From the sequence record KY608965.1: a stretch of DNA of 64,000 nucleotides, one strand, 5' to 3'. Under the pieces are notes generated by a model. That model saw nothing but the letters and a program-made list of their open reading frames with translations, did not search any database and had not been told where the DNA came from. Positions 52,456-63,710 of this stretch are shown one piece after another. The translations under genes were made by a program, and so were the position numbers. The DNA is from Escherichia phage phiEC1. Each line of letters opens with the position of its first letter. Within the stretch, counting starts at the first letter, position 1.

Positions 52456-53131
52456 ATTTCCATCCGGACCATTTTGAAGATTTAAGTCTATATGTAACTA
52501 AAGACGCAGAAATATTAAAAACATTTGAAACTTCTTTACACGAGGCGTATTTTATACCATCAATAATTATAGGTTTTTGTTTTTTAATAGTTCTTTCTTT
52601 AGAATGCGACTTTGAATTTGCTATTCTAAGAGCTTCTTTGGTTGAATCAGGCATCGGCTTATTCGTTTTTCGCCCTTTTCGGACTTTACTCAAGGCCAAT
52701 TTGTGAGCTTCAGATAGTTTCTTACCCTTATTAGGTGACGGTATTTTTCTTTCTAGTCTTGTTTTAGATACTTTAGCCTTAGTCTCTTCAGATCTAGGTT
52801 TACCTAATTTAGAAAGTGAAATAGACCTTTTAGCTTCATCACTTTGTTTTTTACCAGGACCACCTTTACCACCGGGAACTAAGTTATAAGTATCATCTCG
52901 CAAAACAAAATCTTCGTTAACCAATTCTGCTTCTTTTTTATAGGCGTCCTTGTCATTATCATATTCATAAAGAATTTCGGTATAAAAATTTTTTAGTCCA
53001 TATTTAGCTTTGGCCGCTAATATAGCGCGGCCTGATCCAATATACCAATCTTTCTCTTTATGTTTTTTGTGTACGCCTATATAAATTTTACCATTTATTT
53101 TATTGGTAGTTTTATACACAACGTATTTCAT
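52448..53131 (-). mobile_element. Free-standing GIY-YIG homing endonuclease gene (seg-like) inserted between genes 33 and 59
   Basis: MKYVVYKTTNKINGKIYIGVHKK… (GIY-x10-YIG), YNLVPGGKGG, C-terminal Lys/Ser-rich NUMOD-like repeats; overlaps gene 59 start (8 nt) and gene 33 stop (4 nt). Confidence 0.85.
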
Positions 53132-53466
53132 AATAAGAAATCTAACGTATTAGTTTTTTCACCACGAGCAACTGATGGGCGAAGCATGTTTTCGTCAATT
53201 GCTTCGCTTGTAATTTTTTCAACAATTCCTGTAGGAATAAATTTAGCAAATTGTGTTTCTGGAATAGAATTTTCTTCTAAGAAAGCAGTTGTTGCTTCTA
53301 AATAAGACATACCAAATTGTTCAACCATAGATTCGATAATGAATCCGTTTTCTTGACGGTCAAGCAATTTAGCGATATCATCTTTATCGTGTTTTACTGC
53401 TAATTCTTGTTCAGATAAACCGGCCTCATCAACCGGTTTAATATCACTTAGTGAAAACTGTGTCAT
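53128..53466 (-). CDS. 33: Late transcription accessory protein gp33
   Basis: 112 aa, colinear with T4 gp33. Confidence 0.92.
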   Translation of the reverse strand: MTQFSLSDIKPVDEAGLSEQELAVKHDKDDIAKLLDRQENGFIIESMVEQFGMSYLEATTAFLEENSIPETQFAKFIPTGIVEKITSEAIDENMLRPSVARGEKTNTLDFLL

Positions 53467-53713
53467 AAAGCTCGACTACCTCTTCGTTTTCAGCTTCAAA
53501 TTGGTCACGAGCATCTTTATGATAAAGAGCTAACAAACGATTAAACATTTTTCCATCGACACCAAGCTCTTCTTTAGCACGAGTACGAATGTCTTTAATC
53601 AGTTCATTATAACCAGAAATTTTAAGTTTGTTATCGGAAGCTTCCTTGACTAGTTTAGCCAGTTCTTCACCATGCACATCTTGATTAAATTCAACTGCTT
53701 CTTTCTTAGTCAT
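53444..53713 (-). CDS. dsbA: Double-stranded DNA-binding protein DsbA
   Basis: Start set at MTKKEAVEF… (SD GAGGTAA upstream; 89 aa); track ORF begins 6 codons earlier inside rnh. Confidence 0.85.
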   Translation of the reverse strand: MTKKEAVEFNQDVHGEELAKLVKEASDNKLKISGYNELIKDIRTRAKEELGVDGKMFNRLLALYHKDARDQFEAENEEVVELYDTVFTK

Positions 53714-53720
53714 GTTTACC

Positions 53721-54638
53721 TCAGAATTCATTAATTACACTTGTTAATTTAGAAAGTCCAGATTTTACAAAGTATGAATAAATCTTGCCTTTAGGTTGTT
53801 GTTTATATGAGTTATAATACTCTATAATGGTTGAAGCAATATTATCAGGGATATAATCAAAATCAATGAGAACCAAATTTTCTTGATACCGTTTATATTC
53901 TTCTGCACTTAATAATACTTCAGCTTGAGAACGGTCATTAGCAATTGCTTCAATAATTGATGTTTTCATGCTTGGAGTTCGTTCACCTTCAACTCTGGTA
54001 AACCAGAAGTCACCACGAACTCGAACAGATGCAACACCATCCTTACGGTCGCCTTTAAGAATTTTAGTCATGCAATCAATTTCAGCAGAACCGTTCTTAA
54101 TTTTAACCCATTTTTTCTGTGGTGGCGACCACTGTTTAACGTTAGGATATTTGTGTAATTGTGTAAAGTCACCATCTGATGCAACAATACATACCTTATG
54201 ACCGGCTAATGACAAATATTTAGTTAATACACCGATATGGTCATCCGCTTCATACTTGTCAATATCCATTACAACGTATGGCATGTATTTCTTAATCTCA
54301 TCAACAACTTGATGGAGTGCAGTAAAATATCCTTCCCAATCCCACTTTGAAGCTTCACGATCGGTTTTGCGATTTTTCTTGTAATAGTAAGCAAAGTCAC
54401 GTCGCCAATAACCTGAAGTAGCATTATCCATACACAATACAAATTTTGTATAGCCTTGCTTACGGAACATCACTACGTTTTTACGAATTGAATTCAAGAT
54501 TACATGGCGAACCATCGGAACAGTAATTTTATCACCATCTTCAAAGTTGTTTAATGCGGCTGCCAACGCAATGTTACTAAAGTCGGCAAGTGCAATACCT
54601 TCTTTGTAATCTTCATCCAACATCATTTCTAAATCCAT
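53721..54638 (-). CDS. rnh: RNase H (5'-3' exonuclease / flap endonuclease)
   Basis: 305 aa, colinear with T4 RNase H (MDLEMMLDEDYKEGI…). Confidence 0.95.
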   Translation of the reverse strand: MDLEMMLDEDYKEGIALADFSNIALAAALNNFEDGDKITVPMVRHVILNSIRKNVVMFRKQGYTKFVLCMDNATSGYWRRDFAYYYKKNRKTDREASKWDWEGYFTALHQVVDEIKKYMPYVVMDIDKYEADDHIGVLTKYLSLAGHKVCIVASDGDFTQLHKYPNVKQWSPPQKKWVKIKNGSAEIDCMTKILKGDRKDGVASVRVRGDFWFTRVEGERTPSMKTSIIEAIANDRSQAEVLLSAEEYKRYQENLVLIDFDYIPDNIASTIIEYYNSYKQQPKGKIYSYFVKSGLSKLTSVINEF

Positions 54639-54668
54639 ATGAACCTCTTGTTCAGTTAGTCAACTTGT

Positions 54669-54700
54669 CTATAGTAACACACTCATTTGAAAGCGTAAAC
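54669..54700 (-). promoter_or_regulatory. Early promoter GTTTAC-N18-TACTAT upstream of rnh
   Basis: Minus-strand GTTTACGCTTTCAAATGAGTGTGTTACTAT in the rnh/gene 34 divergent spacer. Confidence 0.6.
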
Positions 54701-54703
54701 TGG

Positions 54704-54711
54704 TATAAATA
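54704..54711 (+). promoter_or_regulatory. Late promoter TATAAATA upstream of gene 34
   Basis: Exact TATAAATA about 30 nt upstream of the gene 34 ATG. Confidence 0.65.
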
Positions 54712-54741
54712 AGTATTATTGAAACAATAAAGGAAAAACGA

Positions 54742-57700
54742 ATGGCCGACATCAAACGTAAGTTCAGAGCCGAAGACGGTCTGGACGCCGGTGGCGACAA
54801 GATTGTTAACGTAGCATTAGCCGACCGTACAGTAGGTACTGATGGCGTAAACGTTGACTTCCTGGTACAAGAAAACACCGTTCAAGTATATGATTCTACG
54901 CGTGGATACAACAAAGGATTTGTTGTTCTTTATGACAACCGTTTATATCAAGCAATAAATGATATCGTGTCTCCTTCCGGGGCATTTAACCTTTTACAAT
55001 GGCGTGCAGTTCGTACTGATGCACAATGGATAACTGTCGCTTCTGGGACTTATCAACTTTCTTCAGGTGAATCGATTTCGGTTAACACTGGGGCCGGCAA
55101 TGATATGGTTTTTACATTGCCAAATACTCCAGTTGATGGTGATACTGTTGTTTTGGCTGATATTGGTGGACGAACCGGGACAGTTAAAGTACAGATTAAC
55201 GCGTCTGTACAGAGTATTTTAAACTTTAGAGGTGAACAAGTTCGTACGGTTTTAATGACGCGCCCACGTTCACAACTATTGTTTGTGTTTAGTAATCGTT
55301 TGTGGCAGATGTATATTACCGATTATGGTAAAGAATCAATCACTGTTACACCTGCGACACCATATCAAGCACAAGCAAATGATTTTATCGTTCGTCGTTT
55401 TACTAGTGCAGCACCAATCAACATTACACTTCCACGTAATGCTAACAATGGTGATATAATCAGCCTAGTCGATTTAGATAGATTAAACCCACTGTATCAT
55501 ACAATTGTTAAAACATTTGATGATACAACGTCTATTGGTGAAGTCGGGACCCATATTGCTGAAGGCAGAAATGACTCTGACGCGTTTTTTGTTTTTGATG
55601 CTGCAAATAGTTTATGGCGTATATGGGAAGGCGACCAGAAATCGCGTCTTCGTATTATCCGTGCGGATTCAAATATTCGTCCAAATGAAGAAGTTCTTAT
55701 CTTTGGCACAAATAACGCTACAACCGGAACTATTAATCTTACGCTGCCTACCGGAATTTTGAGTGGTGACACTGTTAAAATTTCAATGAACTACATGCGT
55801 AAAGGTCAAACAGTAAAAATTAAAGCTGCCGAAGGTGATACAATTGCTTCCACTGTTGCATTGCTTCAGTTCCCTAAACGTTCTGAATATCCACCTGATG
55901 CTCAATGGGTCTCTGTTACTGAACTAGAATTCAATGGCACTACTTCATATGTTCCTGTATTAGAATTAGCGTATATCGAAGACACCGTTGCTGGTACACG
56001 TTATTGGGTTGTTCAACAAAACGTCCCAACCGTAGAACGTGTCGATGCTGGAACTGATGCTACACGAGCTCGTTTAGGTGTTATTGCTCTTGCTACTCAA
56101 GCGCAAGCAAATGTTGATTTAGAGAATACTCCAGCTAAAGAAGTGGCTATTACTCCTGAAACGTTGGCAAATCGTACAGCAACTGAAGCTCGACGTGGTA
56201 TCGCTAAAATTGCTACAACAGCACAAGTTAACCAGAATTCCACAGCAGCATTTGTGGACGATACTATTGTTACGCCTAAAAAATTAAATGAGCGTACAGC
56301 AACTGAAACTCGTCGTGGTCTTGCTGAAATTGCTACTCAGGTTGAAACCGATGCTGGTCTTGATGACACAACGATTATTACACCTAAGAAATTACAGGCA
56401 CGTCAGGGTTCTGAAACACTGTCTGGTATAGTTAAATATGTATCAACTACTTCTGCTACTCCTGCTGAAACTCGTGGGGCTGCAGGCACTAACGTTTATA
56501 ATAAAACCGTAAATAATTTAACTATTTCTCCTAAAGCCCTTGACCAATATAAAGCAACTTATGCTCAACAAGGTGCAGTAATTTTAGCTGTTGATAGTGA
56601 AGTAATTGCTGGTCAATCACAAGCAGGTTATTCTCACGCTGTAGTAACTCCTGAAACACTACATAAGAAAACTTCTACTGATGGACGTATTGGTTTAATT
56701 GAAATTGCTACGCAAGCAGAAACTAATGCTGGGACTGATTATACACGTGCAGTAACGCCTAAGACGTTAAATGATAGGAAAGCTACGGAAGGATTATCCG
56801 GCATAGCCGAACTTGCTACGCAAGTTGAATTTGATACTGGAACTGATGATACTCGTATCTCGACTCCACTGAAAATTAAAACTCATTTTGATTCTTCTGA
56901 CCGTACCAGTGTTAATTCTGATTCCGGACTTATTGAAGAAGGAACCTTGTGGAACCATTATACTCTTGATATTTCTAAAGCAAATGAAACACAACGTGGT
57001 ACACTTCGCGTAGCGACCCAGGCAGAATCTAATGCAGGAACTTTAGATGATGTTCTTATTACTCCTAAAAAGCTTTTAGGGACTAAGTCCACTGAAACGT
57101 CTGAAGGCGTAATTAAGGTTGCTACTCAGGCTGAAACTGTAACAGGAACTTCTGCTAATACTGCTGTATCTCCTAAGAATTTAAAATGGATTGTCCAGAA
57201 TGAACCAACATGGGCTGCTACTACAGCAATTCGCGGATTCGTTAAAACTTCATCTGGTTCTATTACATTTGTTGGTAATGATACAGTTGGTTCAACACAA
57301 CCTTTAGAATCGTATGAAAAAAATAGCTATGCTATATCTCCATATGAATTAAACCGTGTACTTGCTAACTATTTGCCATTGAAAGCTAAAGCTGCTGATG
57401 CAAATTTATTAGATGGCCTAGATTCATCTCAGTTCATTCGTAGGGACATTGCGCAGACGGTTAATGGTTCACTAACCTTAACCCAACAAACGAATCTGAG
57501 TGCCCCTCTTGTATCATCTAGTACTGCTACGTTTGGTGGTTCAGTTTCGGCAAATAGTACATTAACTATTTCTAATACTGGAACAGCTACTCGACTGATT
57601 TTTGAAAAAGGACCTCAAACTGGAACTAACCCAGCACAGACGATGACTATCAGAGTTTGGGGAAATGAATTTGGTGATGGTTCAGATACAACACGTTCTA

Positions 57701-58617
57701 CTGTATTTGAAGTTGGTGATGAAACGTCTAATCATTTTTATTCTCAACGTAATAAAGATGGGAATATAGCGTTTAGCATTAATGGTACTGTAATGCCAAT
57801 AAACATTAATGCTTCCGGTTTGATGAATGTTAATGGCGTTGCAACATTTGGTCGTTCAGTCACAGCCAATGGTGAATTCATTAGCAAGTCTGCAAATGCT
57901 TTCAGAGCAATTAGCGGTGATTACGGATTCTTTATTCGTAATGATGCTGCTAATACCTATTTTATGCTTACTGCATCCGGTGATCAGACCGGTGGATTTA
58001 ATGGATTACGTCCTTTGGCTATTAATAATGCATCTGGCCAAGTAACGATTGGTGAAGGCTTAATCATTGCCAAAGGTGCTACTATAAATTCAGGTGGTTT
58101 AACTGTTAACTCGAGAATTCGTTCTCAGGGTACTAAAGCATCTGATTTATATACCCGCGCGCCAACATCTGATACCGTAGGATTCTGGTCAATCGATATT
58201 AACGATTCAGCCACTTATAACCAGTTCCCGGGTTATTTTAAAATGGTTGAAAAAACTAATGAAGTGACTGGGCTTCCATACTTAGAACGTGGCGAAGAAG
58301 TTAAATCTCCTGGTACATTGACTCAGTTTGGTAATACACTTGATTCGCTTTACCAAGATTGGATTACTTATCCAACAACTCCAGAGGCACGTACAACCCG
58401 TTGGACACGTACATGGCAGAAAACTAAAAATTCTTGGTCAAGTTTTGTTCAGGTATTTGATGGTGGAAACCCTCCTCAACCTTCTGATATTGGTGCTTTA
58501 CCTTCTGATAATGCAACAATCGGAAACTTGACAATAAGGGATTTCTTAAGGATTGGTAATGTCCGCATTATTCCAGACCCTGTGAATAAATCTGTTAAAT
58601 TTGAGTGGATTGAATAA
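54742..58617 (+). CDS. 34: Long tail fibre proximal subunit gp34
   Basis: 1291 aa; internal repeats of the type TPE/KKL..R(T/K)ATE..RG(I/L)AEIATQ.E…G; N-terminus MA(D/E)IKR.F…. Confidence 0.95.
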   Translation: MADIKRKFRAEDGLDAGGDKIVNVALADRTVGTDGVNVDFLVQENTVQVYDSTRGYNKGFVVLYDNRLYQAINDIVSPSGAFNLLQWRAVRTDAQWITVASGTYQLSSGESISVNTGAGNDMVFTLPNTPVDGDTVVLADIGGRTGTVKVQINASVQSILNFRGEQVRTVLMTRPRSQLLFVFSNRLWQMYITDYGKESITVTPATPYQAQANDFIVRRFTSAAPINITLPRNANNGDIISLVDLDRLNPLYHTIVKTFDDTTSIGEVGTHIAEGRNDSDAFFVFDAANSLWRIWEGDQKSRLRIIRADSNIRPNEEVLIFGTNNATTGTINLTLPTGILSGDTVKISMNYMRKGQTVKIKAAEGDTIASTVALLQFPKRSEYPPDAQWVSVTELEFNGTTSYVPVLELAYIEDTVAGTRYWVVQQNVPTVERVDAGTDATRARLGVIALATQAQANVDLENTPAKEVAITPETLANRTATEARRGIAKIATTAQVNQNSTAAFVDDTIVTPKKLNERTATETRRGLAEIATQVETDAGLDDTTIITPKKLQARQGSETLSGIVKYVSTTSATPAETRGAAGTNVYNKTVNNLTISPKALDQYKATYAQQGAVILAVDSEVIAGQSQAGYSHAVVTPETLHKKTSTDGRIGLIEIATQAETNAGTDYTRAVTPKTLNDRKATEGLSGIAELATQVEFDTGTDDTRISTPLKIKTHFDSSDRTSVNSDSGLIEEGTLWNHYTLDISKANETQRGTLRVATQAESNAGTLDDVLITPKKLLGTKSTETSEGVIKVATQAETVTGTSANTAVSPKNLKWIVQNEPTWAATTAIRGFVKTSSGSITFVGNDTVGSTQPLESYEKNSYAISPYELNRVLANYLPLKAKAADANLLDGLDSSQFIRRDIAQTVNGSLTLTQQTNLSAPLVSSSTATFGGSVSANSTLTISNTGTATRLIFEKGPQTGTNPAQTMTIRVWGNEFGDGSDTTRSTVFEVGDETSNHFYSQRNKDGNIAFSINGTVMPININASGLMNVNGVATFGRSVTANGEFISKSANAFRAISGDYGFFIRNDAANTYFMLTASGDQTGGFNGLRPLAINNASGQVTIGEGLIIAKGATINSGGLTVNSRIRSQGTKASDLYTRAPTSDTVGFWSIDINDSATYNQFPGYFKMVEKTNEVTGLPYLERGEEVKSPGTLTQFGNTLDSLYQDWITYPTTPEARTTRWTRTWQKTKNSWSSFVQVFDGGNPPQPSDIGALPSDNATIGNLTIRDFLRIGNVRIIPDPVNKSVKFEWIE

Positions 58618-58625
58618 GAGGTATT

Positions 58626-59753
58626 ATGGAAAAATTTATGGCTAAGTTTGGACAAGGATACGTCCAAACGCCATTTTTATCGGAAAGCAATTCAGTACGA
58701 TTTAAATTAAGCATAGCGGGCTCTTGTCCGCTATCAACATCTCCTGCTTATATTAAGTTCCAGGATAATCCACTTGGGTCCCAGGTTTTTTCCGTTGGAT
58801 TAAACGTTCGTGTAATAAATCCTACAACAGGTGCAGTAGTTGAATCTAAGTCATATAATTTCTCTACTGAAAACGACGCAACGTCAAGTGCATTTGTTAC
58901 TTTCATGGACACATATGCTTCAAATTTTATATTTGCTCTTGTTACTAACGCTAAAACAAACTTTCCACCAGAAGTTCTTGCATGGTTTACTAAAGCTGGG
59001 AGTTCTGCTATTCCATTAGCTCAACAAGTTTTAAATATAGTGGACATTTCTTATTCTGCATTTTATATTTCTGGTAAGAATGCTATAGCGCTAGAACATA
59101 TTAAGTATAGTAATAAGAAAACTTCAACCGACTATAGTACACCACTTGATGTTGTGTACGACACGATCGATGATATTGGTGCTACAGGCTTCCCTAGACG
59201 TACGTACGAATCGACAGACACATTTTTATCTGCTGTTGGAGGTACTAATAATGAAATTAAAAGGATGCCTACAACATCCATTATTACGCCTCTCGCTGGG
59301 TATAAATTGAAGCCTGGAGATTTCCTTTATATGAAATTCCAACTAATGGCCGATGCTGATTTGTTAGCACAAGGGACGACACGACTTTCTATTCGTTTCT
59401 TTAAATCTCCTTCTACTTCACCTATTTCATTTAAAGATATAAACTTTGATGGGAGCGCAGGTGAATGGAAGATATATGAAGACTACATAGAAATTCCTGC
59501 TGGTGCTGACGGGTTCACGATTTATTGTTATCGTACAGCTCCAGTCGGCCAAGGTGGATTAAGAAACGTTATATTCACTGAAGTATCATGTAATGGAAGC
59601 GTTTCAAAACCGGCCGAGTTTGGTATAAATGGTATTCGTGTAAATTATGTTTCAGAATCTTTAAGTGCCCCAGACATAATGACACTACCTACTCAATCTT
59701 CAACTGATACTGGTAAGGTATTTGGACAAGAATTTAAAGAAGCATCAGAATAA
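58626..59753 (+). CDS. 35: Long tail fibre hinge protein gp35
   Basis: 375 aa between genes 34 and 36. Confidence 0.85.
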   Translation: MEKFMAKFGQGYVQTPFLSESNSVRFKLSIAGSCPLSTSPAYIKFQDNPLGSQVFSVGLNVRVINPTTGAVVESKSYNFSTENDATSSAFVTFMDTYASNFIFALVTNAKTNFPPEVLAWFTKAGSSAIPLAQQVLNIVDISYSAFYISGKNAIALEHIKYSNKKTSTDYSTPLDVVYDTIDDIGATGFPRRTYESTDTFLSAVGGTNNEIKRMPTTSIITPLAGYKLKPGDFLYMKFQLMADADLLAQGTTRLSIRFFKSPSTSPISFKDINFDGSAGEWKIYEDYIEIPAGADGFTIYCYRTAPVGQGGLRNVIFTEVSCNGSVSKPAEFGINGIRVNYVSESLSAPDIMTLPTQSSTDTGKVFGQEFKEASE

Positions 59754-59758
59754 ATTTA

Positions 59759-59783
59759 GGGAGACTTCGGTCTCCCATTTTTG
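59759..59783 (+). terminator. Rho-independent terminator after gene 35 (GGGAGACTTCGGTCTCCC + ATTTTTG)
   Basis: Hairpin identical to the gene 23 terminator. Confidence 0.8.
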
Positions 59784-59791
59784 TATAAATA
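59784..59791 (+). promoter_or_regulatory. Late promoter TATAAATA upstream of gene 36
   Basis: Exact TATAAATA about 25 nt upstream of the gene 36 ATG, immediately after the terminator. Confidence 0.7.
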
Positions 59792-59815
59792 TGGTATACA
59801 TATAAGGAGACAACT

Positions 59816-60481
59816 ATGGCCGATTTAAAAGCTGGTAGTACAACTGGCGGTGCTGTTATATGGCATCAAGGTAATTTCCCTTTAATGCCAGCAGGTGATG
59901 ACGTCCTGTATAAAACGTTTAAACTCTATTCAGAATATAATAAACCACAAGCGGCTGATAACGATTTCGTTTCTAAAGCTAATGGTGGTACGTATGCATC
60001 AAAGGTAACATTTAACGGCGGCGTTCAAGTCCCGTATGCTGTAAACAACACAAACCCGTGCGGTATTTATCCAGGTAACGGTGATAATGCTACTTTTGCT
60101 GTAGCAAATATCGATATTGTTTCATGGAATGGTATTGGTTTTAAATCATCGCAAGGTTCAGCAGCCCGAACTGTTGTAATTAATGCACGTAATGGTGATA
60201 TTAATACAAAAGGTGTTGTGTCTGCGGCAGGTCAAGTAAGAAGTGATGCAGCTGCTCCTATAGCAGCGAATGACCTTACTAGAAAGGACTATGTTGATGG
60301 ACGAATAAATATTGTTACGGATAACGCAAATTCCCGTGTATTGCGTAAAGGCGATACCATGACTGGTACTTTAACAGCACCAAACTTTTTCTCACAGAAT
60401 CCGGCGTCTGAGGCTAATCATGTTCCTCGTTTCGACCAGATTGTAATTAAAGATTCTGTTCAAGATTTCGGCTATTATTAA
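59816..60481 (+). CDS. 36: Long tail fibre distal connector gp36
   Basis: 221 aa; [23 protein letters not shown]… colinear with T4 gp36. Confidence 0.92.
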   Translation: MADLKAGSTTGGAVIWHQGNFPLMPAGDDVLYKTFKLYSEYNKPQAADNDFVSKANGGTYASKVTFNGGVQVPYAVNNTNPCGIYPGNGDNATFAVANIDIVSWNGIGFKSSQGSAARTVVINARNGDINTKGVVSAAGQVRSDAAAPIAANDLTRKDYVDGRINIVTDNANSRVLRKGDTMTGTLTAPNFFSQNPASEANHVPRFDQIVIKDSVQDFGYY

Positions 60482-60489
60482 GAGGACTT

Positions 60490-63400
60490 ATGGCTACATT
60501 AAAACAGATACAATTTAAAAGAAGCAAAGTGGCAGGAGTTAATCCTACTGCAGCACAATTAGCCGAAGGCGAATTAGCGATAAACTTAAAAGACCGAACT
60601 CTTTTTACTAAAGATGACCTCGGTAATATTATTAGCCTGGGCTTTGCTAAGGGTGGGCAAGTTGACGGCAACGTTACTATTAACGGTCTTTTGAGATTAA
60701 ATGGCGATTATGTACAAACAGGTGGAATGACTGTAAACGGACCAATTGGTTCTACTGATGGCGTAACTGCAAAAGTTTTCAGATCTACACAGGGTTCGTT
60801 TTATACAAGAGCAACAAACGATACTGCAAATGCCCATTTATGGTTTGAAAATGCCGATGGCACTGAACGAGGCGTTATATATGCTCGTCCTCAAACTACA
60901 ACTGATGGTGAAATACGCCTTAGGGTTAGACAAAGAACAGGAAGCACTACTAATAGTGAATTCTATTTCCGTTCTATAAATGGAGGCGAATTTCAGGCTA
61001 ACCGTATTTTAGCATCAGATTCGTTAGTAACTAAACGCATTGCAGTTGATACAGTTATTCACGGTGGCAAAGCCTTTGGTGTATATGATACGGATTCATT
61101 AGTTAACTATGTATACCCAGGCACCGGTGAAACGAATGGTGTAAACTATCTTCGTAGAGTTCGTGCCAAATCCGGTGGCACTATGTGGCATGAGCTTTGT
61201 ACTGCTCAATTAGGCCAAGCTGATGAAATGTCTTGGTGGACAGGTAATACTCCACAGTCAAAACAGTATGGTATTCGTAATGATGGTCGAATGGCTGGCC
61301 GTAATAGCCTTGCATTAGGTACATTCACTACAGATTTCCCGTCTAGCGATTATGGTAACGTCGGTGTAATGGGCGATAAGTATCTTGTTCTCGGTGACAC
61401 TGTAACAGGTCTGAAATATATTAAACAAGGAGTTTATGATTTAGTTGGCGGTGGTTATTCTGTTGCTTCTATTACTCCTGACAGTTTCCGTAGTACTCGT
61501 AAAGCGTTATTTGGACGTTCAGAAGACCAAGGCACTACATGGATTATGCCTGGTACTAATGCTGCATTTTTATCAGTCCAAACTCAAGCGGATGTGAATA
61601 ACGCAGGGGACGGTCAGACGCATATTGGCTATAACTCTGGTGGAAAAATGTCGCACTATTTCCGCGGTAAAGGCCAAATGAATATTAATACCCAAGAAGG
61701 TATGGAAATTAACCCCGGTGTTCTTAAACTAGTAACAGGCGCTAATAATGTAAGGTTTTATGCTGATGGCGGTATTACATCTGTTAAGCAGCTTTCAATA
61801 TATAACGGCGTATATTTAGCAGCTAATAACTCAACAGCAGGTTTGACTTTTTCAGCAACTACCACGATTGATGGCACCAAACAAATCCTTTGGGAAGGCG
61901 GCACTCGAGCAGGCCAGAATAAGAGTTATGTAACTGTTAAAGCATGGGGTAATGCCTTTAACGCATCTGGCGATCATTCCCGTGAAACAGTTTTTGAAGT
62001 ATCAGATGGACAAGGTTACCATTTTTATTCTCAACGAGTTGCTCCTGGTGCAGGTTCTACTGTCGGACCTATTCAATTCCGAGTTAATGGCGGTTTATTA
62101 ACTTCAGGTAGTATTGTTGCTTCTGGTTCTATTACAACTGAATCTTCTTTGAGTGTTAATAATGGCATGACAGTAAATGGCCAGGCTAAGTTTGGCGGAA
62201 CTGCAGATGCGTTAAGAATTTGGAATGCTGAATATGGTGCTATTTTCCGTCGTTCAGAGGCGGCATTGCATATTATCCCGACTCCTAAAGATGCTGGAGA
62301 ATCAGGTGGAATAAGCAATCTCCGTCCATTAAGTATTAGTCTTAATAATGGTATGGTACAAATGCGCCATTCTGTCACGTTAGGCGATGATGGCGCTGGC
62401 GGTAATATGATTACTGTGGACAATGATAACAAACTTGTTGTTGTTACTAGTCATAGTCGTATTTCTCCTAATTACCGTATGCAGGTAGGACAAGCAGCTT
62501 ATATTGATGCTGAATGTACTGACACCGTTCGCCCGGCTGGTGCAGGGTCTTTTGCTTCACAAAATAATGAAAACGTTCGTGCTCCGTTCTATATGAATAT
62601 TAATCGCACAGATACAAGTACTTACGTTCCTATTTTAAAACAACGTTATGTTCAAGGAAATAGCTGTTATTCTTTAGGTACTTTAATAAATGGCGGTAAC
62701 TTCAGAGTTCATTATCATGAAGGTGGAGACGGAAGTTCAACAGGCGCAACTATAAAAGATTTAGGCTGGGAATTTACACGTTCTGGTGATTTTATATCTC
62801 CTAAGCGCATTTCTGCTGGGGGTTCAGTTTATTTAGGTACAGACGGTAACATTACTGGTGGTTCTGGTAATTTTGCTAACTTGAATACCACAATAAATAA
62901 CCTTAAGATAGATATTGTGTCGAGTTATCCAATTGGTGCTCCGATTCCTTGGCCTACTGATACACCTCCTGAAGGTTATGCCATCATGGAAGGTCAAACA
63001 TTTGATGTCGACTTATATCCTAAGTTAGCTGCAGTGTATCCTTCCGGCTCTCTGCCTGATATGCGCGGTCAGACGATTAAAGGTAAACCATCCGGACGTG
63101 CAGTATTAAGTACAGAAGCAGATGGTGTTAAGTCACATAGCCATAGTGCAAGTGCATCAAGCACAGATTTGGGTACTAAGACCACTTCTAGTTTTGATTA
63201 CGGAAGCAAAACGACTTCAAGCTTTGATTATGGTACTAAGACCAGTAATACCACTGGTAACCATAACCATACAGTGAGTGGTAATACTAGTTCCGCTGGT
63301 GCGCACCAACACGCGCGTTCAGGTCCTCAGGTACAAGGCGGCATACCCACTAGCGTATTCTATGATGGATACAATAGTGCGGGTCCAAACGGCAACGCTA

Positions 63401-63681
63401 AATTCACTGCAACCGTGAGCGGTGCTACTGCATCGTCGAATATGGCCAAAACTTCTTCAGACGGTGCCCACACCCATAGTTGGTCAGGAACTACTAGCGC
63501 TACGGGTAACCATGCTCATACTGTGGGTATTGGTGCTCATACCCATTCGGTAGGTATTGGTGCTCATTCTCATACTGTTGCAATTGGTTCCCATGGTCAT
63601 ACAATAACTGTAAATGCCACAGGAAATACAGAAAACACAGTTAAAAACGTTGCTTTTAACTATATCGTTCGTTTAGCATAA
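60490..63681 (+). CDS. 37: Long tail fibre distal subunit gp37 (receptor-binding, His-box needle)
   Basis: 1063 aa; conserved N-terminus [13 protein letters not shown]…; C-terminal HxH repeats ([33 protein letters not shown]). Confidence 0.95.
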   Translation: MATLKQIQFKRSKVAGVNPTAAQLAEGELAINLKDRTLFTKDDLGNIISLGFAKGGQVDGNVTINGLLRLNGDYVQTGGMTVNGPIGSTDGVTAKVFRSTQGSFYTRATNDTANAHLWFENADGTERGVIYARPQTTTDGEIRLRVRQRTGSTTNSEFYFRSINGGEFQANRILASDSLVTKRIAVDTVIHGGKAFGVYDTDSLVNYVYPGTGETNGVNYLRRVRAKSGGTMWHELCTAQLGQADEMSWWTGNTPQSKQYGIRNDGRMAGRNSLALGTFTTDFPSSDYGNVGVMGDKYLVLGDTVTGLKYIKQGVYDLVGGGYSVASITPDSFRSTRKALFGRSEDQGTTWIMPGTNAAFLSVQTQADVNNAGDGQTHIGYNSGGKMSHYFRGKGQMNINTQEGMEINPGVLKLVTGANNVRFYADGGITSVKQLSIYNGVYLAANNSTAGLTFSATTTIDGTKQILWEGGTRAGQNKSYVTVKAWGNAFNASGDHSRETVFEVSDGQGYHFYSQRVAPGAGSTVGPIQFRVNGGLLTSGSIVASGSITTESSLSVNNGMTVNGQAKFGGTADALRIWNAEYGAIFRRSEAALHIIPTPKDAGESGGISNLRPLSISLNNGMVQMRHSVTLGDDGAGGNMITVDNDNKLVVVTSHSRISPNYRMQVGQAAYIDAECTDTVRPAGAGSFASQNNENVRAPFYMNINRTDTSTYVPILKQRYVQGNSCYSLGTLINGGNFRVHYHEGGDGSSTGATIKDLGWEFTRSGDFISPKRISAGGSVYLGTDGNITGGSGNFANLNTTINNLKIDIVSSYPIGAPIPWPTDTPPEGYAIMEGQTFDVDLYPKLAAVYPSGSLPDMRGQTIKGKPSGRAVLSTEADGVKSHSHSASASSTDLGTKTTSSFDYGSKTTSSFDYGTKTSNTTGNHNHTVSGNTSSAGAHQHARSGPQVQGGIPTSVFYDGYNSAGPNGNAKFTATVSGATASSNMAKTSSDGAHTHSWSGTTSATGNHAHTVGIGAHTHSVGIGAHSHTVAIGSHGHTITVNATGNTENTVKNVAFNYIVRLA

Positions 63682-63705
63682 GGAGAAGGGACTTCGGTCC
63701 CTTTT
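63682..63705 (+). other. GC hairpin (GGGACTTCGGTCCC + TTTTT) between genes 37 and 38
   Basis: Perfect 5-bp stem with TTCG loop, T-tract, about 6 nt before the gene 38 ATG. Confidence 0.6.
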
Positions 63706-63710
63706 TATAA

